Origin: Spizellomyces punctatus DAOM BR117
Taxonomy: Eukaryota
DNA: 64,000 bases
Assembly (NCBI GenBank): GCA_000182565.2
Contig: KQ257450.1
Direction: 5' to 3' (one strand)
The first letter of the stretch is position 1; every line of letters begins with the position of its first letter. Shown one piece after another: positions 1 through 13,578 of this stretch. The translations under genes were made by a program, and so were the position numbers. The notes below the pieces were generated by a model. The model did not search any database. It was given only the letters and a program-made list of their open reading frames with translations, and was not told where the DNA came from.

Positions 1-395
1 ATGCCATTTAATCCTAACGCAGTAATCACAAGTTTGTCAATCTTAACCCTAACTCTAACATCTCCGCCGCGCTAACAACAGCGTCACCCGTGCAGTGATC
101 GTGGATGTAAGTCTAAGCCTAATAAGCAGAGAGCAATCACAAGGTTGAAGAATGATTTGGTCATCGGTAGCTAGTGCATATTATAAATATCGGGAATTGT
201 TGCGTGCAAACGTTCGGTAGAGCTCAATCTGTGTCACAGGACATGGGCAATATGGTAGAGCGATGATTGAAGATTGGTTGACTTGGCCTGGCTGGCGGGC
301 AAACCGTAACTGCTGGTTCATTACCGCCTGTTCAAAATACCAAAAAGGGTCACAGAAATAACATGGCCAGACGGTGGCTTGGGCATTGCTTAATC

Positions 396-929
396 TCAGG
401 AATGCCACTGGAAAAGGATCTTCACTGCTTTACAATGATCCAAAACAAAGAACCTTGTATCCAGTAGGTGTGTATAACAATCAAAATATAGCTGACTCTC
501 ACATAAAATCTCCCTACAGAAATCAACACGGAATGCTCTTTCGATAGTTCTAATATCGGCTGTATTGTGCGGGATGGTACAAACCAGATAATTGGCTCGC
601 TCCATGTAAGAACGTAGATGATATATCCGAGCCCCTGGTGTAATACTGCCTACCGTGCACGGAGAGAAAAGATACGCTTTCGATGATGACTGCACCTGTT
701 CCTGCACGACCAGAGCCCAGTGGACGGCCCAGCGAATGCAGATATCTAGATCCGAACTGCTGGCTTGCGGAGCTTCCAACATCACAAATGTTTTATTTAG
801 ACTATAAATGAGGCTGCCCAAACAGAAATAAGAGACAGCAGCAGGTGCGCCTTCTACTTTACAGATGCCCATATAGCTGATTCTGGTCGAGGATATTGCA
901 TTATGCAGAGCGTGCGTACCTACGGTCAT
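396..929 (-). other. Hypothetical ORF, possibly a degenerate gene fragment
   Basis: 177-aa ORF with a non-ATG start that overlaps the P450 3' end. Contains HWALVV...YHL but no family I can name. Confidence 0.2.
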
Positions 930-3102
930 CTTTCAACGGCCGGACTCGAAAGGTGCACTCTGGCGTTTGGACGAAGAGGTCCTTTTTCTTTGTTACGGTT
1001 CCCACGATTTCAAACTCAAATCTTCGCAGAGCATGGAAAAGGAACATTTTGGCGATTTTATCGCCAAAGAACTGTCCGACACATTTGCGCGGACCTTAGC
1101 AAACAAAGAACAGTGTTATTTTGCGACATCGCTCTTGATATCCGAGGAGAATGCCAGATGCCGCTAGGATAACATACCAATGCCAAATCTCCAGAAGGCG
1201 TACCGATACTCTGTCGGTGAAATGCTTGCGAACCTTTCAGGACGGTATGAGTCGCCGTCAGGCTGCCAGATCGGGGCGGTGCGGTTGAGAGTATTAGCGT
1301 CGATAAGCACCGACGTCTTAGGAGGGATATTCAAACTTAGCTGATCAAGAAGCTTTCAGTTATTTGCGGAAGAAACGCACTGGAACTCACGTTTGCAGGA
1401 ATGCGGTATCCGCAAATGAGCTTCTCTTCTGCGGTAACCTCTGGAAGGGAGTAGACTTGGCCCGCACAGATTAGGTCGCAAGCTCATTCATTCGTGACGG
1501 TCTATAAGTGCTCACATAAAAGCGGTACTAATCTTGTGGCCTCCAAAACACAGAAGTGTAAGAATGTGTTCTGCTTCTCAATGTATTTTGCGGTTCGCTC
1601 TTTCTCGGTTGCACCATACTGTGGATTGTTGAGGGCCTCGAATAGTTCTTTACGAGCTTTTTCCTGTGCTTCAGGATTCTGCGCAAGGTGGATAAGGCCC
1701 CATGTTAAGGATGTCGAGGTAACATCGATATTTGTATATAGAATCTCGTCTGCGGTTTGAAGAAGCTTTTGCGGCGACGGCACCGACGTAAGAATAATGG
1801 CGTTGAATGCAACGGATGCGGACCTACCTCTAAGAGTTCCATATCACCGCTTTCAACTGATTTGTACATTTCGCTGATAGGACAAGGTTTATTTTGCTGC
1901 CCAAGGTACTGGTCAGCATATGCCCAATTGTTCCGAGTCCCACTCGATCTCACCTTCTGCGCGCGTGAAATGATATCTAGCACCACAGCTTTCCACAACT
2001 CTTGGTAGCGGTCCATCCGCTTGTTCGCCGCCGTAGGTAAGAACCTGTACCAATGGTAGGAAGGAATTTGGTGCAGGAAGGCAGTTTCTACAAGTTTTTC
2101 GTGGATTTCGTTCATCTTGTACATTTTTTCAAAGTCCTATGGACTGCATGTTAGACCATATGCACTTATAATAGAGATATTAAACATTTTCTATTACCTC
2201 TTCAGTCATGACAGGATCAAATAGAGCCCTGGCGACAACCTTGAATGGTGTTCGTTCCGCTACTTTCAGGCCGTCGATTTCAAACCAAATTGGCTCTTCG
2301 CTGGCGCTGCGTCTTGTGATCCCAGAGTGCTTCTCCAACTTGGCGAACCAGGTACCAAAATCATCGTCCATCCTTCCCAGCAAGTTCTTGACGACACCCA
2401 ACTGAAAGTGCGGATCGACGATGCGTCGCACGCGGAACCAGTCTGTGTTGTGCATCGTTCCTACAGCTTTTCCCAAGAGACGACCAAAGTAGTAACCCAA
2501 TCCCATTGCATGAGCTTTGCGGTGCACTCGACCGTCATTTTGATAATACCGTTTGACGGCATCCGGGGTTGTGAGAACGCTGGAGAGTTTTCGATTCGTG
2601 AGTTAGCGAGTGAATCCTCCCTTGGGAAATAGAGCGAAGCCTACAGTTCGGGAATAGTGTCGTTATAGACAATGTACACTGCGCCATACATCTCGGCATA
2701 GTCCCTTGTAATAGTCGATCTAACAAGACACAGATTCATGAGCGGATCTCTCACTGGATGCGCTAGCTCAAGAAACCAATCCGGTACTGATACTAACTGG
2801 TAGTCGAATCTAGTGAACCGAGTCTCTACCAAGGGTCCAGGACCAGGTATCTGCTTTCCCTCGTCATTGACGATTTTTGGCCTGAGCAAGAACTACCAGA
2901 AACCCAGGTATCAGCATGTTAAGCGAACCCGGTAGAAACGGTTGGTATTAAAGCATACTGTTGTGAGTTTTCGAACGTTGTTCAGCAGTTGAACGAGGCG
3001 ATATAGCTGCAGTCTGGTCGAGTACAAGAGCAAAATTGTGATCGCGGCCGCCAGTATTGGCGTGCTCATCATTGGAACTGACGATGGAATAGAGAAGCTC
3101 AT
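901..3102 (-). CDS. Cytochrome P450 monooxygenase (multi-exon; N-terminal region resembles GliC/XanG-type fungal P450s)
   Basis: N-terminal TM anchor (ILAAAITILLLY), I-helix (DEILYTNIDVT), ExxR (LEATRL), PERF (YRPERF), and heme motif FGIG/PRKCVG joined across an intron at ~1095-1177. Stop TAA at 901-903. Confidence 0.93.
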
Positions 3103-3229
3103 GTTGTAATTGACTCTGAGTCCTATGAGGCTGACCAAAGACGGCAACAGTGGCGGATAACAGTTGGAAGATGTCAGTCAAGCTCGGGTTTTAACTAACG
3201 GCCATTGAAGCTTCGCCTCTGCAGCCCAG

Positions 3230-3244
3230 GTGGACGAAGTGGAT
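3230..3244 (-). promoter_or_regulatory. Cluster motif RTCCRC-NNC-RTCCRC (ATCCAC TTC GTCCAC) in the divergent P450/laccase promoter
   Basis: Exact match on the minus strand; the same motif is present in all six cluster promoters. Confidence 0.75.
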
Positions 3245-3443
3245 GAAACGAGTGCGGTGGACTTTCCCTTTGCATTTTCGAGTCGCGTTGCCGGACTCTA
3301 CTTAGGAAAGTCCTACCAGAAGCGACGAATGATACACAGCTGGATTTTGACTTGAGCAAACACTCCTTCAGACTACTCCTGCAATATAAATTTATCTGCA
3401 ATCCTCATATCCTTATCACCAGTAACCTCTTAAACCTCACGGC

Positions 3444-5699
3444 ATGATTTCATTGTGTAGTTACATCATTGTTTTCCTAGCGATCCATGTCTCATCCCTC
3501 ATTGCTATACCTCACGGCCGTATTCGCACCTTCCGTTGGAAAATTACGAATATCACAGACGCTCCTGATGGCATTCCTGTCTTTGCAATAGGCATCAATG
3601 GCAGGACAGGCGCCTCGACTGTAATTGGTGCGTGAATGTTCATGCGAGTTATGTTGAATGTTTTTTGAACCTGCTGGGATTGCTGGGGCGACTCAGACGT
3701 CAATCTTGGGGACCTCATCAAAGTGCATGTGACAAATGCACTGGACGTGCCAACAGCTTTGCACTGGCATGGCATCTTACAAGAAGGTAGGCCACCGATG
3801 GAAAGGCGTACATTTGACCCAAAATAAGGACTGATATCGCAAAGGTACGGTGGATATGGATGGGCCCGCTATGGTCACCCAATGTCCTATTCCGCCAGCT
3901 GGCACCTATACGTATACTTGGCGAGCAACTGAAGCAGGAACATTTTGGTGGCATGGCCATTACCGAGGACAATGTACGACCCCATTGTTGGTTGCTCGTT
4001 GAGTGAACAACCTGACACTTCTGTGCGCATTTTCAAGTATCCGACGGCCTTCGTGGTCCGATCATTGTGCGAGGAGCTGAGACTTTTAGTACGTCCAATG
4101 AACTTGCACTGGAAACGTTGCGAGTTCCCAAAACTGACCTGCTGGCTGCCGCAACCCCAAGATTACGATGAGGAGTATATTGTTTTCTTGGAAGACCATT
4201 TCTATAGGACATCCGAAGAAGAAATAGCCGACTACCTCGTAAGTGAACGCAAACTGCGAGAATGCACGTCCGTTCACCATCAAAAATTCACCAGATCCCA
4301 CGAGCCGTTGTGCCTCTTCCTGAGTCTGGTCTCTTGAACCGTAAAGGCTTTCCCCACGGCGGGTTGGATGGCGTCGGTGACCCCTCTAATCTTACTGACT
4401 TCATATTTCAACGGAAGAAGCGTTACCTCCTACGTATCATCAATGCCGCTGCCGTCGTACCTTTTGAGTTCTCCATCGACAAACACAGAATGACAGTTGT
4501 GCAAGCAGATGCCACCGATGTGACGAATATGACTGTGGACAGTATTTATATTGATATTGCACAACGATATTCCGTCATTGTGCATGCCGATCAACTTGTA
4601 GATCGATACTGGATGCGAGCTGTGAGTATTCAAATGCTTCCGCTCTCTCCTAGTCATCCCGGCTAACGATTTTGTAAATTGACCATCCGCCATTTTAATG
4701 AAAAGAAAATGCGTGAGTGAACATGTTAATCGAATTACTCGCGGAAATATGGAGTGCTGATGTCGAGTTTACAGCGGTGTCAAAGCAGAAGCGTTCAATA
4801 GAAGTTCTTGCGACTATCACCTACGATGGAGCGGATGGACGTCAGCGTCCAAGTACAAGTGCTAAGGAGAATCCAGTCACTCTACCGGAAAACGGTCTGG
4901 CGCTGAGCCCAATGGTTCCCCTGATGGCCCCACCCAAAGCCGATAAGACGTACGTCTTTGCGTGGGACTTTCATGCAGATGAAAGTGGGCGAGATGATAG
5001 CGAAGTCACTCGCGGATGGATCAGCGTGAACATAACTAGGCCACTGACTCGGAGTGACGGGCTGAGTTACGTGACGCCAAAACGACCAACTTTGTTCGAC
5101 GTGGTGGACGGAAAGGACCCGGACACCCTGCCCAAAGAAAGCGTTGTTTTCACAGCAGAGCCTCAAGAAGTGGTTGATATTGTGTTTATGAATAGAGAGT
5201 TTCGTATGTACCAATTTCCGAGGTTATTCTTTAGTCAAATGCTCGGGCCTGTATTAACGAGGATATCCATTGATATTTCGGGGTAGCACCTCATCCATTT
5301 CACCTCCACGGCCACACGGTATGGGTCCTCGGCTACGGCACGGCCAAGTCCTATGCGGAAATTCCCTTTGAGAACTTCAATTTGACAAATCCTCTGCGCC
5401 GCGACACCTTTAGCGTCCCATCTGGAACTTGGGATGGGCTCACTTTCGGGTGGACAGTGGTTCGCTTTGTTGCCAATAATCCCGGTGTGTGGTTCCTCCA
5501 CTGTCACTTAGAGTTCCACATCATAGCAGGGCTTGCAATGACTCTGGTTGAAGACGTGGCCGCTCTGAGAAGAATGGGAATATCGCCACAAAGCAGGCAA
5601 CTATGCAGAAGCTTTGAGGAATGGAGAGAAAAGAATGAACTTGGTGAGAAACTGGTTGACGCTACGGAAGAGGGAGATATGTTGGTCATGCAGCCATGA
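3444..5699 (+). CDS. Secreted multicopper oxidase (laccase-like), multi-exon
   Basis: Signal peptide and all four Cu-binding motifs: LHWHG, WWHGH, HPFHLHGH, HCHLEFH (Leu at the axial position). No Fet3-type C-terminal TM helix. Confidence 0.95.
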
Positions 5700-5860
5700 A
5701 TTAACGGAAGACGATGAAAGCCATATAACTTTGGGTTTAGAGTTGGGTGCATAAGCCTGTTCCACTACGTGGAGGAAGCACAGTGTTAATACTTGATGCA
5801 CCATACATTGGTAACACTTTCAGCCTATTTGGTTCGAAGCTGTAATATATTTTACAACTA

Positions 5861-7383
5861 TCATCCAAGTATCTTGGTGAATTTTACGAGTTCCGCATCC
5901 ATCACAAGTCTTTTCATTGGGAGGGCTGTTAGTCCGACCATCACTTCGATGCCTTGACGTCCGGGGGCAGCGGGAATAATTACAATTACTCCGTCGCCGA
6001 CTGTGGAACCAGGAGATACAAGAAAGGGACAATTTCCAGTACCGAAATGAAGCTTTTCTGCTTCATAAAATGGATACTTGCTCCACTGAGTAACCGCGAC
6101 GTCGTCACCAAAAACCTCTGTGTGGCTGGTACGAAGAAGCGGAAGCTCGGTTGCCGGGTCCAAGGAAAGGAGATAATCGACACTGGAACGAATTCGCTCA
6201 GGAGAATGTGCCCGAATCGCTTGGCGCAACATGAGCGCCGTGGTACCCAGCGGCTGAGTGAGAAGGTTGTCCACAGTATGCGATACACATAGGCCACTTC
6301 CAACATAATGAGCAATAACAGTTTGCCTGTAAGCACAAGAGGACTGCACCCTAGGTTTGAGAGAGGCACTTACGTTATAAAATTTCCAAAGTAGCCTTTG
6401 CTCTCGGGGGCCAGTGCCTTGATCCTCTCCCGCCCATTCACCGCCAAACCTAGTTTGGTTATACCATTTTGCTCAAGCTCGCGGGCCCTGCTAACCGCCC
6501 TCCAGAAAAGTGCTGCAACAGCATCGTTGGTAGACACCCAAGAGCCATCGTTGAGACCAAGATGGGCGTACTCTTTTAGATTTGCGAGAGCTTCGCTATC
6601 AAGGATAAACTGCTTGCCGTAAATGGGCTCTGGCTTGCGAGTCATTCCCGTATCCTCTTCTCCAGTACTCAACCGGTATTCATGGTTCACATAAGAGGGT
6701 GCAGGCTGGATGATTTCAACGAGATTGGCAAGGTCACGGACAAGGTGCTTCTGCTGAATGCATATCAAATCTTCCTGGACTTCCACTGACGTTTTACCGT
6801 GCAGCTCACTCCACCGATATATGAAATCGAGGAATGCCGGTAAGTCGGCAACATAATGGTGACGGCGGAATCCCACAGCTACTTTGCTTCCTGGGAACTA
6901 CGGAAACCAAGTGGTTACCTATGACCCACGAGAATGGATGTGAACATAACTCAGCTGGCTTACCAATGTTATTTGAACGGCCAAAACTGTCTCTCCAGAT
7001 TTAGGGAACGGTCCTCGAGGAAACAGGTTGGGAGGGATGGTTTCTGGTGCAAACTGACCTTCCACCATTGGCTGAAAATCCTCTTCAGAACCCTGTGCAT
7101 ATACGAGCGTTGCTCCTTTGTTGTTGAAAATGAGACGAGGTACAGCATCTTTTTCTTCAACAAGCTCAGCGGCCAGAGCAGGATATTCGCTTAGAGCGCG
7201 TTCCAAAGAGGACGAAATAGCGCCGTGGTCTGAGAAGCGTCCACTCGGGTCATCAAATAAAAGTAAGAGAGCTGCGTAGACTTTTGGAACGACCAAGTCC
7301 AGAGGAGTTAAATTGACTGACAAGCCCGGAGGCTTTATTTCAACGGATGGCCGAATGGTGGCCTCGGATATGATGCTGATCAT
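5861..7383 (-). CDS. CoA-dependent acyltransferase, transferase/BAHD (Tri101-like) family, 3 exons
   Basis: LTPLD N-terminal motif, LAVQIT, catalytic HxxxD (HYVAD), VSTNDAVAALFW, AVNGRER, YFGN, and a DFGWG-equivalent LHFGTG. Confidence 0.9.
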
Positions 7384-7536
7384 GCTTGTAGTGGTTCAGA
7401 GTTACTGCTCGGCCAAGAATCCCAAAATGCGGGATTGGAATACTAATATGTTTGCTTCAAGCATAAATAGTTCGTTTAAAACCCTGAAGACTTATGTCCT
7501 CTGATTGGAGCAAGCTTGGTACAGCGGACCGGATCG

Positions 7537-7560
7537 GTCCACCGCATCCACTCCATCCAA
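7537..7560 (+). promoter_or_regulatory. Cluster motif, triple copy (GTCCAC CGC ATCCAC TCC ATCCAA), in the divergent acyltransferase/MFS promoter
   Basis: Exact 15-bp match at 7537-7551 plus a third half-site at the same 9-bp period. Confidence 0.75.
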
Positions 7561-7669
7561 AGAGTTTTACGCCTCGGCGACCTAGGGCGCAATGCTCACG
7601 AATATATATGTCAGTATTGTGAATTACAAATTCGTTTCGCTGTTCAGAAATCCTCAATCCCTCGCAAAC

Positions 7670-9466
7670 ATGACCATCTTATCGCAGCAAGGCTGGTCAG
7701 AATCGCAGCTCGCTTCGGTTTCGCTGGCTATACGTAAGTGTGATCCCCATTCCTGCGTAGCAGCTGTGCCCTGACATTTTTTTGATATGCTGTGTACTTC
7801 ACCAGTTTCTGTCACCCAGTTTTTGGACTTCCTGAACTTATCCGCCCTCAACATCGCAATCCCTACGATCGCTGAAGAACTCAAGATTCCAGCCGGGCTC
7901 GAAGGATGGATCCTCATCTCATACTCTTTGGCGCTATCCGCCTTCATGCTGCCATTCGGAAAGCTGGGAGACGCTTGGGGCCACAGGAACATATTTATTT
8001 GCGGCTTGCTGATCATGACAATAGCGAATATCTTTAGTGCAATGGCACCGACCTTGCCAGTACTGGCCACATTTAGAGGGTTGCAGGGTTTGGGTGCCGC
8101 AGCAACAGTAAGTATCCTGCGCAGCCAGTAGTTATGCTACGCAGCTTAATAGTTTGTCTTGCTGAAGATGCCGAACGCTTCCGCTATTATCGCCCGGATA
8201 TTTCCAGCAGGCGCTCCGCGTAACGCAGCATTTGCAAAGTAAGGAACGATCTTTAACTTTGAAAATATGATCTAACATGTTAGCAACATATGCTAGACTG
8301 GGCGCTGCAAGTGCCATTGGCAGCGCCGCCGGGCTCATCGTTGGAGGTCTTTTTAGCGGGATAATTGGCTGGCGTTACGTCTTCTATGTATTAGCACCGA
8401 TTTGCCTCTTGGTGATGGTCCTGTCACTCCTGTTCCTGCCCGCCGCACAGGATGACGAGACAGTGGACAAAGGTTTGAAGGACTTTGACATTAGCGGGAC
8501 ATTGACCTGGTTGGTGGGCATGTCTCTCATCGTATATGGTGAATATTCCTACATGACTTTCTCTACACTTGCGTGATTGAGGCTAATAGTTTACGTCGTG
8601 CAGTGCTCTCGACTACCAAGGGGGCAGCTTGGAAAGAAGTTCAAACGATGGTACTTTTAGGCATCGGCGTCGCTAGTTTCAGCTCCTTCTTCTTCGTTGA
8701 ACGCAAAGCAGCCCGTCCACTCATTCCACCATACTTGTGGCAAAATCATGTTATTGTGGTGAACTCGATTCTCATCGCCATGGTACGCGGCGGAGCGTCC
8801 ATGTTTGTCTACCTCATGTCCCTCAAACTTCAGAGAATCCTGTTGCTTTCTCCTTGGGAAACGGCATTGCAAAGTTTACCAATGGCAATTGTCGGATTCT
8901 TCTACTCTTTCTTTGTCGGCACCATCGTGAAAAGGCTTGGATTCAGTGTACCTGTCATCCTCGGCTTCGGTATGGCGGCTTTCGGATCCGCCTACTTTTC
9001 GTTTTCCTTGCACGGTCCAGATGAAAATGGTAATAATGCCTCATCGTTTTGGACGTCTACCTTTCCGTCTAGTGTGGTCTTTGTCCTTGGAACTCCGATG
9101 GTGTTCATTTCAGCGCAGCTCGCGATGCTCCACGTCGTGGAACCTCGTCAATATGCGGTGGTTGGAGCACTGTTCAACACTGCCGGTCAGATCGGCGGAC
9201 CTGTGGCACTTGCACTTCTCACGGCAATTATGAATGCAGTACTGGTCAATAAGGAACGAAGTGGCTGGTCCGAGAAAGAACGGCTGCTGGCCAGTTATGA
9301 TGCGGGGAATTGGACAATTGTAGGATGGGAGTTGGTGGGGTTGGTCATCGCGGGACTGTTTTGGTTGCGCCAAAAATTCATTGAGGAAAAGCGGCATCTC
9401 TCTGTAGACGTGGAAAGTGACGAAGGGGAGAGGCAGCGACTCCTAGGAGATACCTCCAACCCATGA
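7670..9466 (+). CDS. MFS drug:H+ antiporter (DHA2-type), multi-exon
   Basis: QFLDFLNLSALNIAIPTI, motif A GKLGDAWGHR, FRGLQGLGAA, GWRYVF, and many hydrophobic helices. Confidence 0.92.
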
Positions 9467-9694
9467 CTCTATGATTTTGTTCGTATATCAGATTCATTGA
9501 GAACATCATGAAGAATGCAATGCTTCACTGTTCAGTCAAAGATAATTCTATGACCATCAAACCCTTCTCATCTGTGAGTTTCGGCAAACCGCATGAAAAC
9601 TGCGGAGTGATGACTTTCGACTTTTGCAGTCACATATAGGGCAAGTACTACGCAAACAACTTGAAAAATGTGTAAACTCTCCGCAGCATCCGCC

Positions 9695-9709
9695 GTCCAC
9701 TTCGTCCGC
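9695..9709 (+). promoter_or_regulatory. Cluster motif (GTCCAC TTC GTCCGC) upstream of the MDR reductase
   Basis: Exact match about 235 bp upstream of ATG 9945, with extra ATCCGC/ATCCAC half-sites on either side. Confidence 0.75.
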
Positions 9710-9944
9710 ATGGATCCACTATATACCGACGCCATCAAGATTGCCGGAACAAATCGCCTACATGGCTCATTAAACAACTGGAGAAGGTAGAAACATGTCC
9801 TTTATCTGTACGCGAGTCCAGCAATTTTCCCCGTCAAAAGCCGGATTGACTTTAAAGGCCCGTCTTTACGCACCGCGATTACTTGGTCATCAGACTTGTC
9901 TTATAGCCCAGCGGAACAGTATTACCTCTATATTGACGTTAAGG

Positions 9945-11161
9945 ATGACAGTCTCTACAATGCGAGCGTATCGATATGACAACACTGGGGGCCTTGACCA
10001 ACTTCGATTACGAGAGGTCCCCAAGCCAGTTCTGGAACCTGGAGAAGCTTTAGTGAAAGTAAAAGCCAGCGGAGTCAATCTGGTACGATCTGCGGTGACC
10101 TTGCAGAAACCAACTGTCATTGACGTTTACTTTGTGCAGTCCGACGTGGTTGGAATTTGCGGTTGGCTTCCATTCGTCACGACGCCCAGAGTACCAGGTC
10201 GAGACTACGCCGGAATAGTGGAGGCGGTACGAGATCAGCATGACGACCACTGGATTGGCAGCGAGGTGTGGGGGACCGGGGGTAATGTAGGTTTTACCGT
10301 TGACGGATCATGGGCAGAGTAAGTGGGTTATGAAAGGAAAAACGCTATAACATCCTCGGTAATCTCTTTGGTCCCTCAACCCTCTGAAGGTATATCAAGG
10401 TACCTGTGAAGGCTTTGAGTAAAAAGCCGACCAACCTCTCATTTGCTGCAGGGGCAACGGTCGGTTTGCCTTGGCTATGCGCCGATCAGGCAGTGAACAC
10501 CCTGGCGAGTGTTCGTAAGGACGATGCCGTACTCATCATTGGCGCCCGCGGTGCAATTGGGTCCGCCGCTGTCCAACTATGTCGATCTATCGGCGTACAA
10601 GAGCTATACGGCACATTTTCCAGCAAGCCATCGGAATCCCCTGGCTTGAAGGCTATCGATCTGAGTGCTGCAGATGGGTCCAACATCGGTGCATATGCCG
10701 ATCTTTTAAAACGAACGGTAAAAAAAGTCAACGTTGTCATCGATGCATACGGGTCAGACTTCGACGCCCATCTACTCAACGCCTCCCTCGACGTCCTGAC
10801 GCCAGGTGGACGAGTGGTTGTGATGGCCGTGCACAGCAAGGTCAGTTTTTCCACGTTTCCAAATCTCAATGCTAGTCTTATTCTCTGAGTACAGTCAGGA
10901 GTATCGTGTCTCAATCTCCGCAAGTTTTATGCCAAGAGCCTCGTTTTATATGGATTAAGTTCGGGACAAGTGACTCAGGAAATGGGAGCACGGTTGCTCG
11001 ATAGACTTGCGCCTGGATTTGAGACTGGAATTTTCAGCAACGAGAGTAAGCCTATGGCTCTGGTAAGGTTTTCCGATGAACAAAAGGTACACGATGGTCT
11101 CAAGGCCGTGTATGAAAAGACGGGAAAGGAAAAATACGTAGTGACATTCGATAGTGAGTAG
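9945..11161 (+). CDS. Medium-chain dehydrogenase/reductase (quinone-oxidoreductase/enoyl-reductase type), 4 exons
   Basis: LVKVKASGVNL/SD, PRVPGRDYAG, GSWAEY, and Rossmann motif IIGARGAIGSAAVQ. No Zn-ligand GHE motif. Confidence 0.9.
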
Positions 11162-11702
11162 TACCAGATGGAGGGGAAAGGCTTGTGTTATACTCATCAA
11201 CAACCATCTCATGGACGTGGTTAATGGTCGAGAGCAAAAGATCATTCGTATGAATGCTGAACTAGTTTTTTTACCACTAAAATACTGCCCATTCACATAA
11301 GTGGGTCCTGAGAGGTTGATTTGGGGTTGAGAGCTACCAGACTCCTTTGGGTCGCTCCAGTCGACAGCAGGATACTTTTGGTACGGTTATCATGAGAAAA
11401 GTTCACACAGTTGTAATCCTCAATTTGGTTGCCAAGAATCAGTCGTCTCGCCTGGGGCAAGCAAGTCGCAGCATCCAACCGTGTGACTGGAGGTATTAGC
11501 GTAAGGCTAAGTGATAACCCGCTTTCCCATTAAGCTCAGGAAGTCGGATGATCCACCACCACCACCACGTAGTCGTACATGACGCTGCTCAACAAGCTGA
11601 GGTGTTTGCCATTTGCATGCAACTACAAATCTATGTGTCCATCATCGCCAAGCGTATATTTAAAGCAGGTCCATTTTTTTGGCCCTATACCAATAATATC
11701 AT

Positions 11703-13115
11703 CTAGATCGGGATAGCCTCCACGATACTAATCGCACTCCTGTTTTCATGCACATCCACAATCCGGAATCCCGCGTCGTAAAACAACTTCTTAAACTGCT
11801 CCTCTGTTCTTTGCAGAGAGTTCACTAGGGTCAGCATGTTGACATCTACCATGTGCTTGACACGGTTGGAGGTAGCGGTCATTACAAACTCGGCGGCGAA
11901 GAAACGACCGTCTTCAGAGATGGCTTGGCGAATGTGGCGAAGGATTCGTAGACAGTCAACATCGCTCCAATTGTGGAGGCACTGCTTAATCAAGAAATGT
12001 CGGTGTCGACCACTTTGAGGCTGGAAGAAGTCATGAGGAGTAAAAGTTACGCGAGAACACAGTTCGGCGTCTTCTTTCGCCCAAAACTGCAGGAAAAGAG
12101 GAGACGGCAGTTTAGCTTTAATGGTAAAATCACAATTAAGCTGTGAACTAACAAGCAAACCAACCTTTTTAGCGTCATCAATGACGCTTGGAAGATCCTG
12201 AAGTTCGAAAGTGAGATTTGGCCATCGTTTGCACAGGGCAAGATCAACTGCTCCAACCCCACAGCCAATATCCACTAGCGTGGCCTTCTCGCCGAGAATA
12301 GACCAATCAAAGTCTTCGACAATCCCGTCTTGCAAACCATTACTGTAATTCGACATCGCACCGTTCACGCGTGTCGATAAAGCAGCATTTTCCGGCTGAT
12401 GAATCCAGTCATAAAAGCTCTTTCCCATTTCCAGTTCCCACGGAGCTTTACTTGCATTGGCAAGCCGAATAGCTTCAGCAAGCCGGTTGGCACCACGGTA
12501 ACTATCATGGCCCCTACGGCAGTGAATTGTCAGAAAGTACGACAGCTTAAAATTGACAGATATCATTTCTCCTACCAGTGAAGCACAAAATCTCTCATGC
12601 TTTTAGGATGGTCCGTCCTTAAGGACGACGAAATGGCATTGTTGGTAAACTTTTCACCATTTTGGATAAAGACGGAGCGGTTGGCAAGCAGTGAGAGGAT
12701 TTGTCCTTAACCGACGAGTATTAGTACACAATAATCATGATATTGAGATCCGACGAACGAACTCACGCAATTTCCTCGGATCAGCATCTACCAGTTTAGC
12801 AATTTCATCAATTGACAACTCCGAATCTTTAAGCGCATCCGCAATGCCGAGGTCTGCCGCTGCTGTCAATGCTTTTGACTCTAAGCAGCTGCCCACAATC
12901 AAGGTAAGTACGTCCTGTGGCGGAGCAAGCATGCTTGTCAACTTGTCGACGCCATCCCAACAAGACTGGAGAGCCTTGCGTGAATCGATATTCACGGCAT
13001 TGTGGTTGCGCTTCAAGTCTGACACACTCGTTTTAATGTTTTGCAGAGTAGAAATCAATTTATCGATTTCTGAAAGTACGCTTGCAGGCTCCGCGGCAGG
13101 AATTTCGATGGTCAT
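11703..13115 (-). CDS. SAM-dependent O-methyltransferase (Methyltransf_2 type with dimerisation domain), multi-exon
   Basis: ADLGIADAL...SIDEIAK dimerisation region, LVDIGCGVG, LQDLPSVI, HDFFQPQ, KQCLHNWSD, RTEEQF. Confidence 0.93.
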
Positions 13116-13248
13116 AATGGAAAATAGTTTTTCTCCTTACGGGAGTTGGGATGTGATAATGGGTTTAAATATTTCAAGGCTGAGTTTATAAAGGAGCTCA
13201 AGGCTCCTTCGAGTGGACACGGTAGGTTGACCCGCGTCAATCCGAGCG

Positions 13249-13263
13249 ATCCGCCTCGTCCAC
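13249..13263 (+). promoter_or_regulatory. Cluster motif (ATCCGC CTC GTCCAC) upstream of the O-methyltransferase
   Basis: Exact match about 135 bp upstream of the minus-strand ATG at 13115. Confidence 0.75.
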
Positions 13264-13578
13264 AGGAGATCGCAGCACTCGTCACACACAAAAGTTTAGA
13301 AAGGGCGGAGCATTTCGTGCAGCTACTGCTCACTGATCACTTGTCCTTGCACAGGCCTGCGGCACCAGAAAAGGAATATCCCGGCTTCTAATGCTCCGAG
13401 ATCATGAACACAGCCATGCTGAGCATTGAGGTTTCTTACAAGGAATGCACTGTATATGCAAAAATAAGCCTGTGTTTTGTACAAATGCCTCTTTCACATA
13501 CAGTTTGCAGGTAATGCTATACTTGCATATACAGATACTTTTATGACGTCAATAGATTTGAGCTCGTAGGCATGACAG

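Noticed and set aside
44-59. Telomere-like TAACCC TAACTC TAAC near the window start
   Set aside because: Only one perfect unit; too short to claim a telomere or subtelomeric location.
3444-5699. Fet3 ferroxidase call for the multicopper oxidase
   Set aside because: No C-terminal TM helix and no adjacent Ftr1 permease; the cluster context favours a laccase-like role.
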